Assembly (NCBI GenBank): GCA_030141605.1
Contig: JAQGDQ010000106.1
Span: 62,001-126,000 of the forward strand
Source of the DNA: Tubiluchus corallicola
Lineage: Eukaryota > Animalia > Priapulida
Direction: 5' to 3'
Length of the DNA stretch: 64,000 nt
The translations under genes and the position numbers were made by a program. Shown here piece after piece: positions 36,219 through 50,000 of this stretch. The notes under the pieces were generated by a model, which ran no database searches, had not been told where the DNA came from, and saw only the letters and a list, made by a program, of their open reading frames with translations. Positions within the stretch are counted from its first letter, which is position 1, and each line of letters starts with the position of its first letter.

Positions 36219-39200
36219 ATGGAGGAGGATTGGTTGAAGACATATTTCGATGACCAGCCTGTGTTGAATGATCGTATGATCACGGATGCAGTAAGGCCCG
36301 TACATCGACGTGCTGGTACACAGGAACATAGTTACTCTCTCAGTAATTATAGTGATCTAGATCCTTCAGATGATGAGTCTACTTGCATGAGCAATGGTAA
36401 GTCACCAACTTTGTTATTTAAGGTAAAGCGTCATCTAACGAGCAAGAATAAGCCTAAAGTTACAAACTTACAGTGGGAGGCACTACGAAGAATCGTACTC
36501 GAGTGGAGTGGAAAATATGGACTAGTTTAGGTTAGACTAGACTGGACAAAAGAGCATAGAGTGGATCTGATTGTAATACGCTGGATTACAGTGAGATAGC
36601 GTGGATTAGACTAGACGTGATTGGCATTGATTTGTTATACATTAGAGAGTTTCAAGTGGCCCGGGTTGGACCAGTTAGAATATACTCTTGTACTCTTGCG
36701 AATTTTAATTGTTATGCTATGTTAAATTGATTAATTAGGGTCAGTTCATATCAGGCCAAGATAGTTTAAGTTAGATCAAGCTAAGCATACTATTAACACC
36801 TTGACTGAAATTTATGTGACGATAAGTGTAATGTTCAAGTGCTTTGCTAGACATTATTTTGCTAATTTGTCACTTGTGCCGTTCATGTTTACTAGCCTAA
36901 ACATGACGCCCGATAAAAATACATTTTAAGGTCATTGGAAGGTCGGCCAATTCTGTGTAACTATGAATTATAAAACTAGATAAACTGAGAAATTAACTCC
37001 GCATTAAGCAAGAGAAATAGTACCATAACCCGCATGTGCTTTTTCGGACAGTATGTAGGAACATCTACAGCCGTTTAGCTAGGCCGTTTAATGGCCAGAA
37101 GTAGTCACTTGTACTATCTGTGTTCAGTTTACCACCGCAGTGGCTACTGACAGACAGACAGACCCACGTACATTATGACATTATAATTAAAAAATTTTAT
37201 TATCACTGCAACTGTTTTTGCAGATTTGGAATTAGATTTGCCTACCTTTCCTATATCTACAGATGTTGTTCGGAATGCTGTTCAACAACAAACCCGGCAC
37301 GTCTTCATCAAGCCAGGATCGGGTAAGAATAAAAACAACTTACTATTTAAGTTGGACCTTTAGCAACTTAAGCCTGTTTTGGTTATCACACACGATGCTT
37401 AGTTAACTATTATATGTGCAAAATTCAGATGATTGTCAATTTACAGGCTTGTATATTATTTACAAGCACTGTTATGTACAATTCACATAGAAAATTGATT
37501 ATCATGCCAAATTTGTATGACAGTAAAGACTTGCAGAGAGTTTGTTTGCCACGTTGGATTTTTGTTAATTAGGTATCGTAATCTTTAGAGACAACTAAAC
37601 TTAACATAGTCACACTAGTCAATTACTATTCATTGATGTAGCACCAGGGCAATCTCGAACATGAGTTTCGTTAATAATAGAGTTTCGTTAAATAGACATA
37701 AATAATAAACAATGGGGTGAGGAGAATAGCCTAGTGTCAATGCGTGTATGCTTTGTGACCGAAGTTAAGCGAAACCAATGTTAATAAGTAAACGGATGAG
37801 TGGCTGCTATGTTCAACAATACAAATTATGGCTCTTTGGCTTTCTGGGGGAAGATGCATTCGTAACTGAACGTGGTCAGCTATAATGTCTCAACCTTGAT
37901 ATTGAGCGATATTCTGGTCCTACCACGACCATACACATTAAGCAGACTTTGCAGTCAATACAGAGTGATGAAGTGACGTTCTTGATGAACTGTGACTCTA
38001 AAGATGAAACATAGGCTAAATCAGTGAAATGCTGATGTGTCTCAGGCCGTGAGAGTGACCGCTGTAGACTCTATGCCTTGCTGTTGCTTATTTATTATCA
38101 GTTTGGTTGAAGTTGATTTCTTCTTGAAAAATATATTTTTTAGGGAGAGTAGAAGTTCATAATTGAATTCATAATATAAATTTAAATTCATAAATCATTT
38201 AAATACTTATGAGAACAATTCAGTTTTGTTGTGAAACTTTCCTACATAATTCACTAAAAGAATTAAACCTGTTGTTAGTACACCGCTGCACAAAATTACT
38301 GCGCCCTAACACACAATTAAGTACCAATAATTATTTCATTCGGCGATTAAATGCCAATAATTAGCTTAATTGCATAATAGCGGCCTTGATCTTGGAGCCA
38401 CATTTACGCCTGCCATGCTATAATGACTGGGAGAAATTTTCACATTTACTGATAGTTCATTGACATACGCGCTGTTGTTAAAAGATTTTAATTTACAATA
38501 TCATGAACCGTAGCCAGTCAAACCTGTATTGTAGCCCGAGGGAGGAAGGGTCTTGGCCCTGATACGTTGTGTCAGTCGGCAATAGCAGAGCTAAAGATTG
38601 TAAATTTTAATTAATTTACATGCAGGCTGTTATAGTATCGTAAAATGGGGCTTTCTTAATGTTCACACAATTAGTACCAAGTGAGGATATCTGTTTATCA
38701 TAAAATGACGTGACAATTCTCATGTATCGAAAATGGCTTATGAACCCACTCTGAGTTTTTCCTTGGCTAATAATTTAAACTGTTGTCCTCTTTACTTTTT
38801 CTTATCTATTGAGTTCGGAATCTGTAGACTCTATGCCTTGCTGTTGCTTATTTATTATCAGTTTGGTTGAAGTTGATTTCTTCTTGAAAAATATATTTTT
38901 TAGGGAGAGTAGAAGTTCATAATTGAATTCATAATATAAATTTAAATTCATAAATCATTTAAATACTTATGAGAACAATTCAGTTTTGTTGTGAAACTTT
39001 CCTACATAATTCACTAAAAGAATTAAACCTGTTGTTAGTACACCGCTGCACAAAATTACTGCGCCCTAACACACAATTAAGTACCAATAATTATTTCATT
39101 CGGCGATTAAATGCCAATAATTAGCTTAATTGCATAATAGCGGCCTTGATCTTGGAGCCACATTTACGCCTGCCATGCTATAATGACTGGGAGAAATTTT

Positions 39201-42200
39201 CACATTTACTGATAGTTCATTGACATACGCGCTGTTGTTAAAAGATTTTAATTTACAATATCATGAACCGTAGCCAGTCAAACCTGTATTGTAGCCCGAG
39301 GGAGGAAGGGTCTTGGCCCTGATACGTTGTGTCAGTCGGCAATAGCAGAGCTAAAGATTGTAAATTTTAATTAATTTACATGCAGGCTGTTATAGTATCG
39401 TAAAATGGGGCTTTCTTAATGTTCACACAATTAGTACCAAGTGAGGATATCTGTTTATCATAAAATGACGTGACAATTCTCATGTATCGAAAATGGCTTA
39501 TGAACCCACTCTGAGTTTTTCCTTGGCTAATAATTTAAACTGTTGTCCTCTTTACTTTTTCTTATCTATTGAGTTCGGAATATTTGAAAGGTCATATATA
39601 GTTTGTAGGTACTTAGTGACCGAAGATGAGCAGTGCCAAGCTTGGTTAGAAAACGGATGAGCGACTTAGAAAAAACTCGTCGCCATACTGCCACCATAAC
39701 TTTGCCCCTTTGAAGGACGTAGATGCATCCAAAGTGGGCAAAGACATCTATGTCGGTTCGCTCAGCATCTTGTCTCAGAAGATCATGTTGAATAATGAGA
39801 TATATTCCGGTCCCGTCGCAGCCATCTAAATTAAACAAGGCTTGTCATTCAGTGTAATATTCCGAATGCCTTTACAAATACTGGCGCGAATGCGGTAACA
39901 GATCTGATGGCGTGTGAAGGTTTAAACTACTCAACCAACGACCACCACCCCCCCCCCCCCCCCCACCACCACCACCACTAGCACACCTTTGATTTCAAAT
40001 CTAGGTGCTTAAAGTGGCTCCAGCACTGCTAAACAGAGAAATCAAAATCATATTTATCCGACCGTTTATCAAAACTATTTTTATTTTTAAAATAAACACA
40101 GGATTTGTGAGGGCATTGACACTTACCTACCCACGTGACACATGTACTGTGTACAACTCGTTTGACAGCCTTCCACCGAGGAGTAATATGGTACATATTT
40201 TTAAAACCAGCTCACGAGGAACGCAGTACAGCCTTGTCTTGTATTTTTTCGAAACTGCGCTAAAACACCAAGCACTTTCTACACCAATACTGTATATTAC
40301 ATACTTGAGGTCTAGAGAGTTGCGTAGATAACACCAGTAATGTTCGAGGGAGCCTCCAAAACATTCGATTTTCTGTATATATATCAAAAACTTGGAAGCC
40401 TTCTTAGAACTAAAATTAAGCAATGCTGGGCATTTTTGGAAGTTAACATATAAACTACATGCAATAGTATAGCTTTACAATGTTAAACCTAATCAAGACC
40501 GCAAATGTTTCAATTTTCAGTTTAAAATTAGTTTTTGACTGTAAATGTAGTCACCTATTTTCTTCGTACTTTTTTATCATGAAAAGCAAACAGCATAGCA
40601 CGACTTGGCGGTGGAAAACTCTCGTTAATCATTAAACATTAATAAAAGTTTGATCACTGTGCTACCCAGTTACTTTTGCTACGGTGAGCATCAATAATTT
40701 AACAGTTTAACAGTTGCTATCCTTACCTACTTCACCTACCAGTCTTCTATCAAACGTACCAGTGTACCATATAACGTACCAAATTTGAATAAATTTGATT
40801 TAGTATAGTCTAAGCAGATATCGTAGGATTCAGATTACATGTAATTACATTAATCATTTCTTCATGTAAATTAATTTTTTACCACGGCTTACAATTTAAT
40901 AACAGTCGAGTGAGTGTCTGAGCCGTTTCGCTTAATAATAAAAACGTTACTGACCCATGATAATTCGTAAAAACGGATTTCATTTCTTACAGGTTCATCA
41001 CAGAATGAAGCAAAGATCATAGTCACAACAAGCCATCAGGCAGGAGGACGGGCAAATGACAGACTCGTCTTGCCCAAACTTATCAAAATTGAAAAAATAG
41101 AACTTGATGGTTCGCAACGATCAGGTATAAAATACCTGCATAAATTGTTCTTTTAAAACTCCAATAAGAAAGGGTTATGATGCTCAGTACAGAAGTCTAT
41201 GATTATCTTGACAAACTCGACCAAACGCGAGGTATCCATTCTTCGCAAATACTGTAGCATTTGAACCTCTTCGCTGCAAAAACATACTGCTTAATCAGTG
41301 ATGGGAACAGTCTTTCTAATAAAATTTGTTGCATTTCTAGAATTTATTTTCATAAAACACGTACAATGATAATTCTCAATAAGGTGCTTTTTGACCTTGA
41401 CACATCACCTTATGGGCTCAAACTTGCGGCAGTTAGGTTCATTGTCAACATAATGGGCCTAGCAAAGTTGCTTATCCTGTGGATTTATCTGTGACACTTT
41501 GGATAATTAAGTATAGATTCAGACAAGATCTGTCTGCCTGTTACATATTTTAAAACGTGAATGATCAAAATCCATCCAAATTTCACAGCCTACGAAGGAC
41601 AGTTACTGTGCGAAATTTAGTTGAATTTTAATCATTCATTTTTAAAATGTGTTGCAGATGGACAGGCAGACAGACAGTTGCACACAGACATCATCCCAAT
41701 CTTGTCTGAACCTATGCTCTAAAATGTCATATAATTCACGTTAATAAAAGCATTTTGTTTCAGGAGTATTGGAACTACCACCAACGCCACCTGGCAGCAA
41801 TTCTAGTAGTGACAATGAAGGTGGAAGCCTCCTGCATAGTCCAGTAAAGCAAGAAACATTGGTTTCTAGTTCACTACGGATGCAGCAGCTAACCAATGCA
41901 GTCATTACAGACATCTCTGTGAGTATCTAAAGTAGCTAACTGGTATGCTGTTTCAGAATTCAGGGGTTCTTGCGAGAAGCTCCAACAGCCAATAATAAAA
42001 TTGCAAACATATTTTGGCTTTTAAAATTTGGTAATTAAATGTTAGATCTAAACCACAATGTTGTAAATGAAATTGTCAAATTTTACAAAAAATTAATCAA
42101 TAAAAATAACAAGGAAGTTATTTTTAATAAATGAACTGACCAAACAATTGATAGTACATGCACTTTGCACATCATTTCGATTACAAGCAGTACCTGAATT

Positions 42201-44466
42201 GGAACGCTACCACACAAGCAGTGCACAAATTCCATGACCAAACTCAAAGCAACTAGACAATCAGCACTGCAGTGATGCATTTTGGCACACAGTTGCATCA
42301 TGACGATCCAGGCTTATATTTCTAATCTGCTTGTAATTATTTTTAAAATTTGCAAACAAAATTATTAGTAATGCAAAAAACTGATCAAAAAATTCGAGTT
42401 GTAAACATTTGAAAAAAATAGTCCTGACAAACAATTTTTTAAATTGATACGGATATCGAAAACTGCCTGATTTCCTAAGCTTGGGTTTCTGTAGCTAATA
42501 AATAAATATTTTAGTTCTTCAACTAAGAATTTTTAGGTGTGACTTTGCATTATTAATAACTTGTGCATCATTTAGGATGCAGGATATTGAATGCTTTACA
42601 TCCTACATATAAAATTATGCAGAGAACTGAATACCACGCTTCTGCAGACACATCAATTATTGATTCACACATACATGTTTATATTCACTCAAGATGTTTT
42701 GGAGTAATTCCATATTATGAAATAGTCCAATTACTATTTTCACATGCAGGTTTAAATTTTCACAAAGTGGTTTTTGGAATAGTCCTGTGTTGCAATAACC
42801 TCATCAAAGCCCAGCGACCGTTCCTGGGCTTTGTCGAAATACAAACAACATTGCTCATCTTGGGTGTTTAAAAAGAAAAACAATCTTTTATCCTCTCCTT
42901 TAAGTGTTTGCAATTCAAGATCAACGACCAAACTTGCATTTCAAGGTAAACTTGCTGCAGGAACGATGCGAGGGTATTAATTTCACCAGTTTAATAGCAA
43001 TTCAAAGTTTTACTAGAAATGCAAAATCTTGAGAAGTGGTTTTACCACCAAACTGGTTTTTTCATAAGTTAAACAATGCTAGGTTTTAAGCACTTAGTTG
43101 GGCGTCATAGCAACCAAGATCAGGGAGTTTTTTTAGTTTTGGAAAATAACTTGTGGGGAGTTTGCATTTGACTATCAGATTTTTCCCAGGGATGCTCAAG
43201 TTCAGTTGTGGAGTTAAGAGACTAATTTTATGAGCACTAAACATAAAAACAACAATGAATAGACGACAAAAATTGACAACTGTTAGTAAGTTAGCAAACC
43301 TGGATAAAAGTGAAACCAAAGTTTGTTTGCTCATGTTTTTCAGAAACTACCGCCTGGTCCATTACTTCTCACAGAAGAGGAAAGGCGGACACTGATACAA
43401 GAAGGTTACCCAGTGCCGAAAAGTCTTCCATTGTCGAAAACAGAAGAGAAAATTCTGAAAAAGATTCGACGGAAAATTAAGAACAAGGTGAGGCTGCCAT
43501 CCTAAATTTCGGAGCTACGAAACTGTCAAACAAATTCGACTGGAAATTTTAGTGTGAAAGAATGCCGACTTAAGTTACATGATCAACAAAAGCACCAGAT
43601 TTCCGTCACAGTGTCACACAATATAACAGTTGTTATTTGTATGATTACAGATTTCTGCCCAAGAAAGCAGAAGAAAAAAGAAAGATTATGTTGATGCTCT
43701 TGAGAAAATGTGCGAGAATTTCTCAAGTGAAAACATGGAGTTGCGAAAGAAAATGGATGCGCTAGAAACAGCCAATAAGTAAGGTTCTTTTGTCGAAGAA
43801 TATAAGAAGATATCGATTCATCAAAAGAAAGATATTAGCTCTTACTTACAGGGAGGCAATGCTTCGCAGCATCCTGTAATAGCATGAAATCTTATCATGC
43901 ATCACAAGTTTTCACATAGCTATCAAGCTGGTATTATTGATACAAAAAGAGTATGTGTAATATAAACTAGCTAGCTATGCTTAGGCAAATATGGTCAGCT
44001 TGGCGATTGCTCCAAATTTTTTCCTTGCAGGTCTCTCACTGCACAGTTGCAGCGATTACAGAAAATAGCTGATTCATGCACAGAACAAACCAGTCAAAAC
44101 ATAGAACAAACTGAAACCAAGGTAAGCACATCTCTGTAACTTTTTTACGTCCTGTTTCTTCTGAGACGGTCCTCAGTTGTAACAAGTGGGGCTGCAATTT
44201 GTACGGATGGTCGCAGACTAGCAATTTAATAAGAGTTTCGAAAAGATCAGACGGTAACGTTGATGCAGAGCTAGAATTCTAAAAATTACAGATGATCAAG
44301 TGATAAGGATGTCAAGCATCATTTATTAATATAATACTTAAGCCATACAACTTTTACACTTTAATGTATACAAAACGGAGACAATTGATACTAGGGTGGA
44401 GCTATTCATGCTGAGAAAAGATGTTACTACTTCTCTTTTCTATTTCAGGGACTATTATTTCCTTAA
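36219..44466 (+). CDS. CrebA: CREB3L1/2-like (CrebA-type) bZIP transcription factor, 8 coding exons, about 314 aa
   Basis: Exons: 36219-36396, 37224-37322, 40993-41124, 41764-41918, 43344-43487, 43651-43778, 44031-44121, 44449-44466 (last exon less certain). Motifs: [31 protein letters not shown], the ATB domain [30 protein letters not shown], basic region [29 protein letters not shown] and a leucine zipper. An in-frame TAG lies upstream of the ATG at 36195, and an acceptor at 36141 implies a non-coding upstream exon. Confidence 0.9.
37720..37880 (+). mobile_element. Decayed SINE-like relic with a 5S-like segment
   Basis: gtgaccgaagttaagc...agtaaacggatgagtggc...agatgcat, similar to the copy at about 39615. 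Confidence 0.45.
38062..39581 (+). repeat. 760-bp direct tandem duplication (38062-38821 and 38822-39581)
   Basis: Both copies run from ctgtagactctatgccttgc to gagttcggaat; I found no difference by eye. Confidence 0.95.
39612..39745 (+). mobile_element. Decayed SINE-like relic with a 5S-like segment
   Basis: gtgaccgaagatgagcagtgccaagcttggttagaaaacggatgagcgac aligns with the 5S A-box/C-box region; the downstream agatgcatccaaagtgg is shared with the copy at about 21270. Confidence 0.5.
39935..39980 (+). repeat. Poly-C tract flanked by (CCA)n
   Basis: Directly visible. Confidence 0.85.
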
Positions 44467-47022
44467 TTTTAACTTGTAAACACTATCTCAGAAGTTTACG
44501 CAGCCACATCGAGATGCCATGATGAATTTAAAAATTCATTACATTACCCACAGAGTTGGGTAAAGTGCCTTAAGGTAGCAGTATACCTTTATTGGACAGA
44601 AAAGCATGGAATCTTGTGACAGTGCCTTACTAATGAGTGAAATATTTTTTTCTAACATAAACAATGGAAGTGTTAACCAGTGTGGCTGAAAGGACGATCT
44701 AACGTCAACCCAAATTCTAGTTTCCACTAATTATAATAGAGTGGTAAGCCTTCATTTAAGACTGTGTCATTACATTCTGATAACAACTAAGCAGCACAAA
44801 GTAGAACCCATTGAGGAATACGCAAATGCAAGGTCAACTAAATTCTAAATAAATTTCAAAAAGAGGAGTTTTCAATACAAGTTGGCCAAATCTCAGCATT
44901 TGCAATTAATTCACAAAATATTTATTTACTAAAGTAACGCTTGTCTTTATGGCAAAGATTTCGTCTAAAGTTGAACAATAGAAGTATTAAACGAGAATTT
45001 TAGGAGCATTTTGTTTACCAAGGAAAAAATGAATTTGAAGAGCAAGGATTTCAATATAAATTTTTTAACTCATAGATACATAGTTTTATGTTGTAATGCT
45101 ATTACTAGCATAAAAACCTACTACCACATGGCCTATTGATGTAGTATTTAGTTAGAAAACATAATCTGTACAAAGTCTACTAGAATATATGTGTGCACAT
45201 AATATATTTCATTATACTCAAATTTGGCCACGAGGTGTACATCTCTTATTTTATTAGTTTTAAACCTTTTTTCACAAGTCTGCAACTCTTGAAAGTTTTG
45301 ATGTACTAATGCAAATCATTATGTCAGTACCAATATTTTTATTATTAAATTTGTACATAAGATAACTGATGTAAGTTGTTTGCCAAGGCTTATTGGTGTG
45401 TATATATAGTAATTTTTCTGTGTAAAGCACTAATTTACACAATAATATATTTTTGTTATATTAAACAATTTATTAGTTTTAAACTATTTTGTCTATTTTG
45501 TATGTTACTACACAATTTTGAAAACTTCCTTGTTATTTTTCAAGGTAAAAGGTCAACATGATGTTGAAGTCCAGTGGCCACTTTACTCTACAAAATTAGT
45601 ACTTAGAAGCCACTAATGTTAAACTTAATGAAGTTGTTTATATAAGGTATCTAGATTTTCGGGATAAGAAATTGAAATATCAATGTCGACTGCCTCTCAT
45701 GCATAAGTATATGCCTTATAACTCATAAACCATTGATTTTGTAAACTCACTGAGGTTGTTAACAACTTCATTTAGGGTCTTCTCTACCTAATGCATGATG
45801 GGAGTCAAAGTGAAAATCAGGATCAGATGATGCCTTTTTTGTAGAGTGCTTGCAATCACACATTGCCTGCTTTTTGTGTTGCATTTGTTTATTTTGAATT
45901 GTTCAGGCTAAAAACACTAATGTGGTTTAGTAGTTGTAACAAAAACAGACAACAAAAAAACAGTGTTACTGTAAGGAAATTAAATGCGTTTTTTCATATT
46001 TGAGCACCAAAATAAAAGTGAAACGATAGTAATTAATTTTTACAAAATAAGGAACACTTGGGTGGTCTAAACATAAGAAATTCATAATGTGCTTTTAAAA
46101 AATTGCAATACATAAAAGTTTCTGAACATAGGGTATGAACACCGGAGTGTTCTACCAAAATACCAAGTTCAGATTTGTTTTTCTTAATGTGCAATTATTA
46201 GGGCTAAAATGTCTACTACACCTTTCCAAAAATAAGTTAATTTAACATCTCAAGGAAGATTAACATCAGATATTTATACAGCAAAAATAAAGTTTCTTGA
46301 GTATTAATGTGTTCGGCAGTTCCTGGTTTAAAAAGTTGTACTCATGAGAACAAATACAACGGCAATTCCTCATTACAAAGACAAAGTATCTACAGATTCA
46401 TGCTTTCTTCAGGAGAATCCATACAATTAATCTGTTGTCACACACATGATTATGATACACAAAACTAGAGATTTAAGTACAAAGTTGCTAAAATTATGAC
46501 TATGTTCATTAAATTAAAATTTGAAAATGCACTACATAAAATATATATTATAGTTGTACATGTTACATCATAATGTTAACAAGAACCTATACTATACTGC
46601 CAGTAGAAACGACACAAATAAAAAATGAATAACAATGATAATAAACTGTCATCACACAGTTTTAGATAAAATCGCAAAACACGATAAGAATTGGATAAAT
46701 AGCTGATTAAAATGCCTTTATATACAGGCTAAAAATGAAAGTATAAATGTTGTGCAAAAGTAAAATTTTCAAATACAAATTTGAAAAAATAATTTGAAGA
46801 AATGCAAAGAAGAAAAAGATTTACGAAACTAAAAACAAAATAAAGAACAATTAATTATCAGTAATAGTCATTTAAAAATAAAGACCAAAGGTCATCGACC
46901 TGTGGAAGGAAGGAAAATTTGGAAACAAAAAACTGCAAAATGAGATTGGTGATGAAAGTGAGCAACAGATGGCACCAGTAAACAGTTTCTTAACGGCATA
47001 CAAAATAAAGTGTTTTCTGACC

Positions 47023-50000
47023 TCATGCCGACTGTTTATACTTGGTGAAGAGGTTATACAAAACCCGTAGAGTTGATTTCAGATCCCTGTTAACAATGTC
47101 CTCTGGGCGAGCTTTAGGTTTAGGAAGACCTGCATCCATCATAAGTTCAAAAGCAAATGAGACATTGTGAACCTGAAAAATCAGTAGTTTTTTCAAACCT
47201 AAGATTGCTAAATTGAATTCAAGACAGTAACTGATCACTGTAGTTTTTAAAAGAACTGGCACTAAATAGGTAACGAACCAATTTAAATTACATACTTTCA
47301 AATCACTCAGGTTTACAACAACTATTACAATAATTAACGACAGTCTTCACTGCTGGAGAAACGATGTAACACGATACTGACTGATAGCTTGTTTAAATTT
47401 TTCGCATTATTTCGTAAAAGGTCATACTTCGTAAAAATTGGCAAACCATTTTTTCATGTCATATTTCGTAAAATTAAAAAGCTAGACTTATGCCTCATTG
47501 TTGCTCAGGAAAAATTATAGCTCATTTACATAAGAGAGATTAGGTTCCTTTGTGAACTGAAACTAATTATTGGCAACAAGAAAAAGATTCAACAAAAAAT
47601 TTAAAAGAAATTGCAAACAAAATATTTTTATTTACTGAATAATATTATCAATACAAGTAACTTTATTAAGGAAGAGAAAAGGCTATATTGTAGAAGTGAG
47701 GCAGATGTCCCAGTAGACATGCAAAAAACTTTACATTTTCTAACTTAACATTGCTTGCTAGTATTTATATGACTAACAAGATATCAGGCACGAACTGAGA
47801 ATAGGGGAGATTATTATTTACATTATGCTGCAATGCTTGCATCGCTAAAATAGATGTACGAGTGATCCGGAACACTTTTTAACTTTACGCACATTTCTAT
47901 GACACGTTTGAGTTTCATGAATCACACTTAAATTCTTAATTTGTATGTTTAATTTCGTTCGTAAGCGTGGAGCACGAATTGTAACTGAATCGCTTAAGCA
48001 TGCAAAGCTTAAGTGCACTTAGCTGTTCATATTTACAAGTGATAAGCAAATTGCAGCTAATTTCTTGGGCATGCATAAGTCGTTTGTAGATACAAAGTGT
48101 ACACTCAGCATGATATATGATTCCTAGCCCAGAAGACGTGAACAGAGCCTCGAAGCAAACCAGGGAATTTTAATAATTTTTGTACTTCAACAAAGACGTG
48201 TTTACTAGCAAAATATCTGCAAACACATTTAAACCAAACTAAGCCATCAAGAACACCAATGACTGTGAAACAAGAAAACAGGCTTATGTTACAGGATAGC
48301 TATTCAAGTGCAGTAAACCATAGCTAGATCCAAGATGCAGTCATTCTCAGACAAAAACGAAACTAGATGAACCAATATAGAACCAAGGTACAAACCTTCT
48401 GTTCAAAAGTAGTTGGTGTAAGAAAATAACTGTACAATGGAACAAAGTAGCCTTCGAGCAATCCCATTAGCAGGGTCAAGTACACACCATCGTGAAACTA
48501 CAAATACAATTTATGTAATATAACTCACTACATAAAAAACGTGATATATTTTTGTAGCTTATTTTAAGCTTCTAGCGGTATTTGTTTATCTTACAAAACT
48601 GCCCCCATTTTTACATTGTTTCTATCATTACCGGTAAAAAAGGTGGGAAGAAAAGTGACAGATCCTCCGTGAAATTTTATATATGATGCAGATTAATATA
48701 AAACACAACTATACATTCGTGAATTTCAAACTCAGATTATGACACAGTCAAAATATGGTTTTCTAAAACTGAAATTCATATGTAGTATCAGATAATGTTA
48801 TATAGATGTGAATTTGATCTGCTGTTCTACATTAGATATTCCCAAAATGAATCATGTATTAAATTCACCCACCTTTATGGAAATATATCAACATCAAAGA
48901 TGTTAAACATTTCTTTTATGATACATATATTAAAAAAATCCATACTAAAACTAATATATAAAGCAAATGACGAGGTCACTAACCTGTGTCTCCAAATCAT
49001 TTGCCTCCAAATTAATCTTATTCAGATGTTTGTTAACAAAAGTCACCAACGACTAAAGCAAACAAAATAATCAGAAAATAAATGTCACTAGCATTACAAT
49101 AAATCCTATTACAAAAATCTTATGCATAAATAAAATGGTTTACAGGTAGTTGTCGAGCTACAGTACAACCACAATCAGTTTTGGTGGATTGGTCTTGCGA
49201 TGAATTGGACACAAGCATTCAACGTATATAAGACGCTGTATGTGTACGCTCACTAAGTATGGCCGTGCTACGATGAATTTATGGAAACAGACAGTGATTT
49301 AAAGCTTATTATTTAATTAAAAAAAGAAGGAAATATGAGTTATAGTTGGTTTTGCATAATTAATTAATTAAGTTGCAGTCAGATCATAAAGACAAACAGT
49401 CATAAGTCACATAGGTCGTAACACAACGACTACCTGTATTATCAATAAACTTTGTATGCCCATCTAACATAAGATATGAGTTATCAAGTTTCACAGTTAT
49501 ATCACATTAAGTTACTTGTTACAGTAACTAGTTTCAAAATAAATTACAAACAGAAAAAATGACTGTGACAAAATTAATTCTCACAGAATGCTAACGTTAT
49601 AAGGTGATTTCCTTCTACTGCTAAATAATCCTGAACTTGACCTAGATGGCTGTTCACTTCAACTAGCTAACTACCACCACACTGCAAAAACCATCGAGCT
49701 TACTAGTTTAATATCAACAAATGTCAGAAAGTACACAGAAATGCTAGTTAAAAAACTGACTTACCTTCTTTACTACGTTCAATTTGTCTGGTGCGTGATC
49801 AAACAGTGTATCAAATGCATCTCTCTCTGGAAAAAATAATTAGTGGTAATTTAACGGAAAAACGTTTTGAAGCATTTTTTAGAAAAGAAAACGTTTAATG
49901 TATAAAACACTGTCAGTTATTTAGGGTAAAAGAGTTTCTGATCTTATGAATCTTCAAAGTTACTTCTATAATAAAAAACACAAATTAGACTTGTGTATTC

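Noticed and set aside
45545-45616. Alternative last exon for the bZIP gene (VKGQHDVEVQWPLYSTKLVLRSH*)
   Set aside because: Weaker AAG acceptor, no TM segment and no recognisable homology; it cannot be supported without RNA data.
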